A stretch of DNA of 41,619 nt, from assembly GCF_006345805.1 (NCBI RefSeq), contig NW_021835229.1, forward strand, positions 1 through 41,619, written 5' to 3'. A model generated the notes under the pieces. That model made no database searches. It saw only the letters and a program-made list of their open reading frames with translations, and was not told the origin of the DNA. This DNA is from Octopus sinensis (Eukaryota). Shown one piece after another: positions 12,550 to 25,460 of the stretch. Position 1 is the first letter of the stretch, and each line of letters begins with the position of its first letter. The position numbers and the translations under genes are program-made.

Positions 12550-14643
12550 TTGTTGGTGAATGTTTTATAAATATCTACCATATTAGACAATTTCAAGAAT
12601 ATAAGTGACGTCAAATTGCTGCCTGACTACAGAACCATTTAAAGCTAATTTCGTGAGCATTGAAGCGATTATTTTCCTCCTTTTTTTCCTTTCTTTATTT
12701 TTTTCTATTTGCTTTGAAACTGTAAAAATAAGTAGGCACAGCTTAGAGACCAACTCGTTCTAGCGTTACCGCTTGCTTTTGTCAACAATATCAACTGATT
12801 GCTCCCTATTCAGCCGTTGGAGCTGACTTCTGATCAAATCAAATTAAATTGTCTTGCTTTAGAGCCGATATCAAAAATCAAAACGAGGTTCTGAGTTTCT
12901 ACTCCTTTCTCTCACTCACTCTTCTATCTCTTTCTTTCTCTGTTTTTCTCTCTGTGTCTCCTTTTCTTCAACGGTCGTTATTTTAGCTTAGGAAGATGAA
13001 GCAATACGAAAAATGGGAAGCTAAAAATAAACAAAACGCATGCATACATGCAAACATACACAAAAGAGAAACTCTTCCTTTCTTCTTCAAAGGTCATCGA
13101 TTTACTGACCGGTCTCACACAAAAGCTACATATTCCCTCTGGATATGGTCATTATATGAGAAGAAATCCAATGCTGCTCAATGGGTGTGCTTAAATATAA
13201 CTAACAAAAGTAAGAGAGCCAGTTATTTATAATGGCGGCTATATTGGGCTGAAAATGGTGGCCAAGACGTAGAATTTTTTGAGAACAATCCTATTTCGAT
13301 TTTTAGGTGATTGCAGTTCACTCAGTTTAGCTTCCTAATGGTTATTGGAAAGGCATGATTGCCACACAATATCATTTTTCACTCATGAATCTGGATTACA
13401 TTTAAACATTGAGTGAAAATTAACTACAACTGTTCACAGTTTTATTGATTTTGGTCATTGCACTATGGCCATGCTGGAGCACAGACTTTAAATGGAATAG
13501 CCCGAATACACCGATCTCTACCTCAGAATTTAATTATTGGCTAGTACGCTCATTTTATTGATGCGAAATCGATGGAAAATCAAAGTATCGATGGAAATCA
13601 AAGAAGATCTCGGCAGTATTTGAACTCAGAACGAAAAGGTTCGTAACCATATAACACAACATTCTACAATCATTCACCATCAACAATGTAGATTCGTTGT
13701 GAAGCGAATTTCTGATAGCTTTGGTTCCCAGCTGGAGTTGTTACGTTACACTTATACCCTGAATGTATACAGGAAAGCATGAACATCATAACCAGTTGTG
13801 TCACGTATACTGAAAGAAACGCTACCTTATTTATAGTCACAAACCGACGGAATTCAAACACCCAATTGCATCCAACTTTCTAACGGTTATTTAGTACCCA
13901 TAAGATATACTATAATTATTTACACGTCACATTTAAATTTCCTGGATGATTTCTAAAATCTATTGGATTGCTAGATACCAGTAAAGACTAGATCTTTGTA
14001 TGAGGGTTCAATGAAGGCATCTCCTGGGGTATGTTTCCATTTACTTTTACCAAATCCACATAAGGGCATATTTTTCTTTAATTATGAAACATACAGAAAG
14101 AAAACTTTTGACAAACAAAATATGATGACGTAATCGACAGGCATGAACAAGACCACCAATGACTTGGTAAATCAAAAGCAATAAATATATGGGCATCTTT
14201 AGGATACGATTAGGCAATCGACCAGTGGCAACCGGACAAATACTGAATCGATTAATGAAAAGAAAAAAACAACAATGATGAAAGGAATAACAGTGAAACT
14301 GACCAATAGAAGCAGAGCAACCGACGAATTAGCAAGTGGAAAGATAGATAGATAGATGGCTTACAATTAGCAAGTGGAAAGATAGATGGTTTACAAACTC
14401 CACAAAAACACTTAAATTGATTAAGTAATATGCGTGCCTAAGAGTGTATGCGTGTGGGTGTATATATATGTTCGTACGTATGTATATGTATGTATGTGTG
14501 TGTATATATATATATTATATATATATATATATGTATGTATACGATATACTTCTACCGTTGTGAATTTAGCGCTCGTTTTCAGCTGTTTTTTTTTCTCATG
14601 AGTTTGATGAGGCGAGTTACATTTTAACTCGAGACACAGTAAG

Positions 14644-14706
14644 ATCCACTGATGAGAACTTAGACTAAATTAAATTAGTCAGAGTTCAAAATCACGTGAT
14701 ATGGAT
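14644..14706 (+). ncRNA. Type I hammerhead ribozyme motif with a G12A lesion
   Basis: ATCCA-CTGATGA-GAACT[GACTAA/TTAGTC]AGTTC-aAAA-TCACGTGA-TA-TGGAT; stems I, II and III all pair. Confidence 0.7.
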
Positions 14707-14821
14707 ATGTCTGTTACTTCATTTGTGAGTTTGCTCTCACTAAGATAAGGTGCTTTTCTCGCTTCCTCTCATTCGTCAACTCATTGAGTTAGTGGTTTTT
14801 GTGGTTTTTGTGGCGATGGCA

Positions 14822-14862
<41 letters not shown>

Positions 14863-15048
14863 ATTATTCATTTGCTTTCGCTCTTTTTTCACTCGTTCTT
14901 CCTAAAACATTTCATTCCGTTTTTGAATTCAATGGTTTTCATAGTGTTTCTTTCTTCTTTCTTTTTTTTTTTTTTTTTATTATATGTAAACCCCGACACT
15001 TTATGTCTGCCTGTGTACCTTTGCCCTGGTAAAAAAATAAAAGAAATC

Positions 15049-16150
<1,102 letters not shown>

Positions 16151-17235
16151 TATTTGTCTGTCTCTCTGTCACTCTATCTTCATCCCTCTACCCTCAGCCT
16201 CTTACTTCCATTCTTCTCATATCCTATTCTAGGTGTCGTATTTATTCTCCCACCACCATTCAAAGCTACTCTTTCTTCTCTTCTCTAACGACCAATTTCT
16301 ATTAATTTGACATAGCAATAGAAAGAAAGAGGGGGAAAAGAAAATGAAATTAATAACGCTAGTAAAAGAAAGCAATCCTGTTTGCCTGCAGCATAGGAAA
16401 TCACTTCAAAATTGAAACAATAAATAGAATTGTTTTCACAAGTCTTTGCCGCTCATATGAAAGAAGAACTGCAAAGTCTTCAGTTTTCTTTATAAAAGAT
16501 TTACTAACATCCGGCGGCGTAACATTTCTCTTTTATTTCATTTACAGAGTTATCGCCCGCGCCGTTTACTAAACATTTTATTTATTTGTTTATCTATTTA
16601 TTTATTTATTTATTGGTTTATTTATTTATTGTTTTGACCAGCAATACGTGTGTTTTGTTATTTTTATACTGTCTTCCCTCTAACACCACTATCACCATAA
16701 CCACTCGTTTCTTCCTTTCAACTATTTAAATATGTTTTCTTATTACAAGCACATATATATGCACACATATTTATATACACTGTACATACCTACACACATA
16801 CACAAAGAAATACATACGCATTTGTACACACACACACGTACACACACACATACACGCACATATATACATGCATATATTTTATATATATATGCGTATTTGT
16901 GTGTATATATAAATATATATCTATATATATATATGTATGTGTGTGTGTTTGTTAGTACGTGTGTGTCTCTTTGCGTGTGTAGGGGTGTATATGTGCATGT
17001 ATATATGTGTGTCTGTGTATTTGTATCTATATTTATATATATACACACACAAACATGTATGTATGTATATATATATATATATATTCATATTCATATATAC
17101 ATATTATTATATATATATATATATTCATATATACATATTATGCAAGAACATATATGCATGTATATATACATACATACATACATACATACATACATACATA
17201 CATACATACATACAAACAAACAAACATACATACAT

Positions 17236-17528
17236 ATGCTCAGGGGTTAAGGTGTTGCACTCACGATTGCGAGATCGTGGGTTCGATTCCCAGACCGGGC
17301 GTTGCGTTGTGTTCTTGAGCAAAGCACTTCATTTCACGTTGCTCTGCGATCTCTTCAGTATCTGACATGTGTCACCCCGTTGCACCTGTACAGGTAATGT
17401 CGATTTGATGGAGGGAGGGAGCTAATGTCTGTACAAACATTTGATCATTATAAACAAATCATGTGTGCGGTTGTTCGGTAAGAAATTGTCAAATCCTCAT
17501 ACGTCGTCTAACGACGGGAGAGTCCGTC

Positions 17529-17530
<2 letters not shown>
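17236..17530 (+). mobile_element. tRNA/CORE SINE with a family B-like head and a different 3' tail
   Basis: GGGTTCGATTCCC B box and TTGTGTTCTTGAGCAAAGCACTTCATTTCACGTTGCTC as in family B, then unrelated sequence. Confidence 0.8.
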
Positions 17531-17571
<41 letters not shown>

Positions 17572-18599
17572 TGTGTGTGTGTGAGTGTGTGTGTTCTCAA
17601 ATTTCCTTTTTCTCCCCTCCCTTTTTAACCGTTTTCTATCACTTTCTATCTCTCTATCTCTCTCTCTTTCTCCTCTTTCTCTTTTTCTCTCTCTCTCTCG
17701 TCAATCTTTCTTTTCCTGCACGGACGCTCAAAAGACTGGGCGTTTTTTATATCTCTCTTCACTCTTTCTCTTTTCAAAGAAAATATTTTTCCCTGCGTTC
17801 ACTATTTTCCTATCGTTCCGGTCTAACGACCCTCCAGGTTTGTTTTCGTTCGGTTTCCTTTTATATCTCCAATGTCCTGTTTTTGTGCCCACCTTTGACC
17901 CTCCATAAATCCTAAATTTTATTTTAGAATTTATAGGAGCAACTGTCTTTGAAGACTCATATTGTCGTTAAATGCTCGAAATGAGGAGTAGATAGACAGC
18001 CAACAATTGTGTTTACTTATCCTGTTTTCCATTTTTTCTCTCGTTGTTTCCGTATTTAACTCGTTTGTTTACGTATTTCATGTTGTTTGCACAGTTTGTG
18101 ACGTCCTGTACCTATATATGGATGGTAAATCAAATTAATACGCTTGTCAATATTATCTGGTGGTTGTCTTTTGAGATGTGACATCGATCCTCATTTGTTA
18201 CTGAAAGAACCCTAGTTACAAATATTCACATACTTCCCTTGTACACGCATGCACATACACATATATAGAGAGTTGAAACGCTGTTTGATTTTTCTTTTCA
18301 GTGCTGAATGATCACCATTCTACTTCCATTGCACACACACACACACACACAGACACATTCACTTACCTCCCTTTTATATACACACACAGAGTTGAAACGC
18401 TCCCACTATCAGTTTGCCACCACCCCTTCTTTTCTCATTCATATGTTGTGACGGAGAAGAACACAAGAGTATTATAATGGTAGATAAATAGGGACTGCAT
18501 ATAAAATTGTTAAAATATTTTGTTTATTGTAGAAATATAACACATTTATTGCACATGAAGTTTAACATAAAATCTTATGCGGAACTCGGTGGGTCATAT

Positions 18600-18762
18600 G
18601 GGCCCCGCTTGAGACAAACTGAACAAGAAGGACAGGTACTGTCTATCTGTCTGGCGCTTTTGGCGAAAGAAGTTGTGTGGTGGACTAGATTGAAAGCGCT
18701 AAAGGCAAAGCTCCTTCTTCTTTGATCAAGCCCTCATCTTGAGCTTTTTCCAGTTTCATTGA
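18600..18762 (+). mobile_element. Old Tx1/L1-like LINE ORF2 C-terminal fragment
   Basis: EGQVLSICLALLAKEVVWWTRLKAL aligns with [25 protein letters not shown] of the 27478-28204 element. Confidence 0.7.
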
Positions 18763-18783
18763 GTAATGAGGGATGTTCTGCTT

Positions 18784-19280
18784 CTCTTTTACTCTTTTAC
18801 TTGTTTCAGTCATTTGATTGGGGTCATGCTGGAGCGACGCCTTTAATCGAGCAAATCGACCCCAGGACTTATTCTTTGTAAGCCTAACACTTATTCTATC
18901 GGTCTCTTTTGCCGAACCGCTAAGTTATGGGGATGTAAACACACCAGCATCGGTTGTCAAGCGATGTTGGGAGTGGAGACAAACACGGACACACATACAT
19001 ACATATATACATACGACGGGCTTCTTTCAGTTTCCGTCTACCAAATCCACTCACAAGGCAGTTGACAAGAGGTGATGGGAGAGCAGGCACAAACACAAAG
19101 ACAAAGACACACGCATACGATATGCTTCTCTCAGTTTCCATGTACCAAATCCACTCACAAGGCTTCGGTCGGCCTGAGGCTATAGTAGAAGACACTTGCC
19201 CAAGGTGCCACGCAGTGGGACTGAACCCGAAACCATGTGGTTGGTAAGCAAGCTACTTACCACACAGCTACTCCTACGCC
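18784..19280 (-). mobile_element. Family C SINE, full length with a ~105-bp internal duplication
   Basis: Head at 19280, (GTAAAAGA)n tail at 18784; block 18953-19060 repeated in diverged form at 19061-19163. Confidence 0.9.
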
Positions 19281-19770
19281 TTCTCAGCAATTTTATTGGA
19301 AGATAGATGAACTTGGCGAGCATGGTCGGACGAGACAGCAAAACCGTTAGCACGTCGGACATTCATATGCGGACTAGATGATTTGGGGAGTATCGCTGGC
19401 TGCATTTCGCAGCAATGCCTCTGCTCCAGTACCCAGAGCGTAGATGGACAAATTAACGCAGGGAATATTAAGAGAAGCCATTTTGATAAGTGGTTAAGTG
19501 TTGTTTACACACACATTTCTATATATATATATACGTGAGTAAGGGCATAAATATATAAATATATGTGTGCAATGTAGATATAGGTAAATATATATTTGGA
19601 CGGAAATGTGCAATGATATATGGATATTACATTTATAATAATGAAGTCTATAAATCCTATAAATTTCCTCATAAAAGCATTTTTTTAAAAACTTTTATAA
19701 TCGTTAATAAGATATTCGGTATCCTACATCCTTCCACCAGACTATTCCAATGTACTTACCAATGTATGTA

Positions 19771-19802
<32 letters not shown>

Positions 19803-19975
19803 AATCTATCAACCTATATGCGTGTGTGTGTATTTGTGTATCTATATGTGTGTGTGCATTTGTGTACGTATGTATATATCTACCTATATCTATGTAGCTA
19901 GCTTTCTCTCTCTCTCTCTCTCTCTGTATACACACACACACACACATATTATATATATATATTATATATATATAT

Positions 19976-20022
<47 letters not shown>

Positions 20023-20027
<5 letters not shown>

Positions 20028-20111
20028 CTAAGCAATAAAGGGTTTAGCAACGAATTGCCTTACCACATACGTAAGGCAATTCGTTGCTAAACCCTTTATT
20101 GCTTAGTATTA
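20023..20111. repeat. Perfect 41-bp inverted repeat with a 7-nt loop
   Basis: 20023-20063 is the exact reverse complement of 20071-20111. Confidence 0.95.
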
Positions 20112-20206
20112 CTTAAATTTTCCTCAATGAGGCTTTTACATGCCGAAGACTACTTGGTGTAATTGATAATTATTCCAAATTAATTAATTTCACCCTCATT
20201 ATTCGG

Positions 20207-20265
<59 letters not shown>

Positions 20266-20984
20266 GTGCATGTGTGACTCTGTGTATGTGTGTTTGCATA
20301 TGTAGATGCTGGGAAATATCTACATGTCTATATAAATAAATATATATGTGTGTATGTGTGTATGCATACATATATACTCACAGACGCACACTCACACATA
20401 CGTAAAATGTGATTTAAAACTCCCTTTGGCATTTAAATATTGTTTATCATTAGAATACAAGAGACGCCTGAATCACACTGCTAGTATATATGTATCGTGT
20501 GTGTATGTGTGTCTAGTGTGTGCGCGCGCCTAAGCGAGTATGCGCGTGCACACGTCTTCGCGACCCAGCATATATGTATGAATATAAATAAACGGATCTG
20601 CACATATATCCGCAGTGAATATAGTTGCTGCTGCTGTTAGTAACGATACAAGTAAAAAAAATATTATCAGCTACTTCATTACTGGCACTGTTTCACTTCT
20701 TTTGTATAGAATGAATTATATCTTTGCCGACAGCCATATATATTCTCTTCAAATTTTCTTTTCTGACACTTAGTGACCGCACAAAATTTACAATTATATG
20801 TTGTGTATGAAGTGTGATGGTTGGAGGGTTGTTTCTGTCTTATGGGTGTAGACACAGGCGTAGGTGTGTGCATGTGTGCATGTGCGCACGTGTGTGTGTG
20901 TGCAAGTAAGTAAGAGTAATTATGATGTTATAAAGAACTATGTACTCTTTCTAAGAAAGAAAGAACTAAATGCGTTTATTGTGC

Positions 20985-20996
20985 GCGTGTATATAT

Positions 20997-21038
<42 letters not shown>

Positions 21039-21115
21039 GTATATATGTATGTATGATGTGTATGTATGTTGTATATTGTATGTATATGTATGTATATATA
21101 TGTGTGTATATATAC

Positions 21116-21153
<38 letters not shown>

Positions 21154-21195
21154 AATATACATATATATATAATGTATATACACTATATATATATG

Positions 21196-21231
<36 letters not shown>

Positions 21232-21285
21232 ACTATATATATATATTATATATATTATATATATATATATATATAATATATACAT
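20985..21285. repeat. (TA)n-rich microsatellite
   Basis: Directly visible. Confidence 0.9.
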
Positions 21286-22153
21286 TTAAGCACATAGTTT
21301 CCTGTATATCTGTGTATATCCACTTATGCACGTGGTATAAGTGTGTATGATATGTGTGTAATATATAATGTTTGTATGCCTGTGATTGTTTGTATAAAAA
21401 GAAAAGGTTGAAAATGTAGGGTGGGAGCAAAGATATTTTTGTGTTTACTTAACCGGTTTCAATATTTCATGATTTTCAAAAGTAGTTTGATATTGTGAGA
21501 CGTGGAGCTGTGTCATATTCGTCTTAACTCTACCTAAAATCCTAAATTTTCTTTTGTTTTAATGAATATGTGATGGCTTAAATTGCTATCAGTTGATGCA
21601 CTGATTTGTTGGATGAATCTAGTCGCGAGCCAAAAGTTAAGGCTGCATTGGACTAGTGAGTGTGGCATGAGAAAGCGTGAGGAAGAACGGCATGTTATAT
21701 CTGCGTATTCGGTCATGTGTCAGTAAAATAAACAACAAATTGACAGAATAGCCGAAAATGGTGAAGTAGCTTATTGGCTTGTATACGAGTCACAGTATGT
21801 TGTGTATATGGCTTATATGCACACGCACATATACATACATACATACATACATGCATACACATATACATACATACAGACAGACAGACAGACACACAGACAC
21901 ACACACACACACACACAGATATCATTATGGCCCTCACTTTTCTTCAACGCCTCTGGATCTTTCTACCGCTCCCAGGAGCCTCTGATCTAATGTAAAGATA
22001 AAAATAACAAGCAGCAATTCACAAGTTAAACGTGATACGCGTATAACAAAGAATATATTTTTCAAAAGTTCTCTCCTAAAACCACTCTTAAGGAATACTG
22101 TCTCAGTTCTTCCTAAATGGCTTTGAAAGAAATGCTTCAGAAACAACCATTGA

Positions 22154-22307
22154 ATTTACATTATTTACATTATTTACATTCGACGGATATTTGTCTTCAT
22201 CTTGTTTGTTGTTAACACATCGTTTCGGCTGATACACCCTCCAGCCTTCATTAGGTGTCTTGAGGAAATTTCGAACCTGGGTTTTCATTTCTAAGGTATT
22301 TTTCGTC

Positions 22308-22346
<39 letters not shown>

Positions 22347-22516
22347 GTTGTTGTTGTTGTTGTTGTTGTTGTGTTGTTGTTCAGGTCACTGAAGACACCT
22401 GATGAAGGCTGGCGGGTATATCAGCCGATAAGTCGTGTTGACAACAAACAAGATGAAGACAAATATCCGTCAAATGTAAATAATGTACATAATTCCTCAT
22501 CTCGTAAATATAGAAC
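22154..22516. mobile_element. Palindromic Penelope-like element with a hammerhead motif in each arm
   Basis: Arms 22166-22261 and 22392-22487 are inverted copies; hammerhead motifs at 22215-22258 (-) and 22395-22438 (+). Confidence 0.7.
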
Positions 22517-23125
22517 ACACCATTAAATTTCTTCTACAAGCGCTGTTTGTATTTGCTTATTGTGTGTTATCGTATTTAGAAATCAATGACGGACAAAATG
22601 CGCTATGAAACTACGAAAATAATGCATTTATAAAGAGGATATACATTCTTTGGGAGGTGTACAGCACTCAGCTAGTATATACACTCTCGAAATATGCACA
22701 CTTGGACAGGTAGTTTTACCTAGCTGACTCTACTATATAACTAGAGGAAAAATCGCTTGCTTTGCTAGAAATAGTAGCCAAATTTACCCGAAGTCATTCT
22801 TATACTATCTTGAAGACAGAAGAACATTTTGGGTAGTATATTTGCAGTCACATTTTGTTAGATAAAAGACGGATAATGGTCACCACAGCAATGTCTTTCA
22901 TCTTCTCAATCAGAACTGGTGTAGGTTAAACAAGAATAACACTAATATGTTATGGGAGTTGAAATCAGATTCTGTATATATAAATTTAAGTACTGACAAC
23001 CACTGTCTGGTGCTCTACGATATTTTTTGTTTTTGTTTGTTTTTATATAAGTGTTTATCAAGCGATAATCAGTATTCTGTTGAATTAATTTTAATAATAA
23101 TTTCTTTTTTCTTTTTTTCCTTCAG

Positions 23126-23244
23126 TGTTATGATTGGTGGCTCGATGAAATGTACATGAAAGTACAACTTCCGCTTCCAGTCAATTCCAATCCAGGAATG
23201 GTGTTTCCTAAAAGACACTTCGCCGACCAGAATGCTCAATTAAA
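23126..23244 (+). CDS. ChAT: Internal coding exon of choline O-acetyltransferase (choline/carnitine acyltransferase family)
   Basis: Polypyrimidine tract + TTCAG acceptor ending 23125; GTAAGT donor at 23245. 119 nt, phase 0 to phase 2. Translates to CYDWWLDEMYMKVQLPLPVNSNPGMVFPKRHFADQNAQL, matching the recalled ChAT segment (NW)xxxWLxxMYxxxRxPLPVNSxPxxxF...QLRFAA. Confidence 0.88.
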
Positions 23245-23467
23245 GTAAGTCACCTTCAACCTTTCTTTTCTTGTTATCACGTTGATCTCTAACACAAGCA
23301 TGGAGATGGGGTGTGTATACGTAGCTCATCATATCAACCGCAGTACATGACTGGTACTTACTTATTGAGTTCCGGAAGAACTGAAAGTGAAGTCGAGCAC
23401 AAAATGTAAAAAGCTGTAATTTAAATGCCACTAGGTAATTTTCTCAGCGCGCTACCGTTTCTGCAAA

Positions 23468-23998
23468 TTATTTCTTACTCAAGGCTTTCGCTCCTAATGG
23501 AGCATAGGCTATTGGCGACTTTCCTGCACCGTTCTCGACTCTGGGTTGTCTCCTGGTTGTAAGATGAGGAGTCGGCCTTGTAGCTTCCTTTCGGAGTTTG
23601 CTGTACCATGTAAGGCTTTCCTCTTCCTGATTGGTTTTGAGTTGCCATCGATGCTTCTGTAACAATTGTGTATCTATACTGCTTTTTTTTCTAGGTAGGG
23701 TTGTGTTGTGTGGACGCCCCCAGACGATGAAGTAGACTAGCCAAATACGTAGATATAGAGGGAGAAGTCTAGACGTCAGGAGAAGAGAAGAGTAGCGGTG
23801 AGAGTGTAGATTAGAGTTGAATAGAAGTCATCCAAACGTGCGACATAACAGTGGCGACGAGGATCGTGTAGCTCACACAGCCACTGTGTAGTATTGTGAC
23901 ATAACAAGTTGTTAGTCCTATACAAACCCATTATTACCTCTGAAAAGAGGCGGCCCGCGTTACTCTGATCTCTATCCTTTGGCCTGTCCAGTACTCCT
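23468..23998 (-). mobile_element. Internally deleted RTE-like LINE derivative, interrupted by an LTR remnant
   Basis: Minus strand gives QSRERCRKVANSLCSIRS (RTE-type DRxxWRxxVxALC end) and W...TWYSKLRKE; GGGTTG|TTAGTCC rejoins across 23704-23911 and resembles RTE 5' UTR motifs. Confidence 0.5.
23704..23906 (+). mobile_element. LTR retrotransposon remnant
   Basis: TGTTGTG...CATAACA termini; PBS-like TGGCGACGAG right after the first CATAACA (~23850); second GACATAACA end; flanks GGTTG/AGTTG (4/5 TSD). Confidence 0.55.
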
Positions 23999-24589
23999 AC
24001 TAATATCTAATTGTAATACTTCGATTAACGATGACTGTCCACACACTTACTATGTAATGTCTCCTTATAGGTGTCATTAACAACTAATTCAAGAAATTTG
24101 ATAGTTTTGATGTAGAATAAAATACGAAATTTCCTCAACGTCAAAATGACTCAAACTAACTGTTATTGGCGTGTCTCTCCCCCCCCCCATATACCACTCC
24201 ACTCTTTTGTTCTCTTCCTCCGGGCATGTTGAGGATGCATACCTGTGCATATACATACTTATGTGTGTGTCTGTGATTGTTATAAGTTGGGTAATGTGTT
24301 AGCTGTGTCACTTCCATTACAGCACAGTTTCATCATTGTGATTACTCAAACGTTATGCGTTTGAATACAACACATATCATCTAGATGATCCCCAACAGTG
24401 ATATTGTGAAATAATGGAGTTGTAACTAACGTATTATACTCTTTAATACATAGATAATCCACTCTACAACACTATCGAATTTTCTCGCTGTTTTTGTTTT
24501 GTCCCCAGTAAACGTGGGCGTGCGGTGTGTATAGCAAAATGAATGTATGTACTTATAAACAAGAATATATACACGTATACACACACCAC

Positions 24590-24662
<73 letters not shown>

Positions 24663-24665
24663 GAT

Positions 24666-24710
<45 letters not shown>

Positions 24711-24869
24711 TACAATATATATATAACGTATATATGACACATAGTGTATACACACACATACATATATATAAACTAAAAGCGTAAATACTTTTCCTTCTAT
24801 TTTCCCTGAGCGTAAATCTAATACACGTTGTTTTTCTACTCCCTGTTTTTTTGGCAATTTTCGCACGAT

Positions 24870-24958
<89 letters not shown>
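24590..24958. repeat. (TA)n and (GATA)n microsatellites with a ~100-bp non-microsatellite insert
   Basis: Directly visible. Confidence 0.85.
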
Positions 24959-24959
<1 letters not shown>

Positions 24960-25460
24960 GTGTGTCTTACATATATCCACTTCCTCGTGTGTTGTTTACA
25001 ATTATTTTGTTGTCGGGTCGGCGTAGTATTGTAACAAATTACCAACCGACAACCACTCACTTTTATTTCGTCAATAGTAATTACGCAGTCTTTGTCCAAT
25101 ATTAAAGTCATGGCTACATCTCTTTTTTTTTCCTTTTTGTTTGTTTTTATTTTTGCCATGAAAATAACTACGCTGAAAAAAAAATATGAAGCGAGATGTC
25201 AGTAGGCATTCTCGTCTGTTTAATATAAAATTGCTTTTGATGAACGATTTTTTTCTCTCAATTGCTACTTATTTTCTTTGATCTAAGCGGTTTGAAAATT
25301 TTCGTTGTTATTATTTTTCTAATAATATGATGACACTTGAACATACATCATTGATGTATTCTAGCTGTTCTATTTCAAAATTCATATGGAGAAAGAATCT
25401 AAAATATTTTTCTATTCTTTCACTCATCCTTCAAGGATTCTAACTTCAAATTAAAAACAA

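Noticed and set aside
14327-14396. Short tandem duplications (also 13568-13603, 31805-31883)
   Set aside because: Ordinary slippage-type duplications with no further structure.
22947-23159. ORF-track 70-aa ORF overlapping the ChAT exon
   Set aside because: Wrong frame and mostly intronic; the homologous frame starts at 23126.
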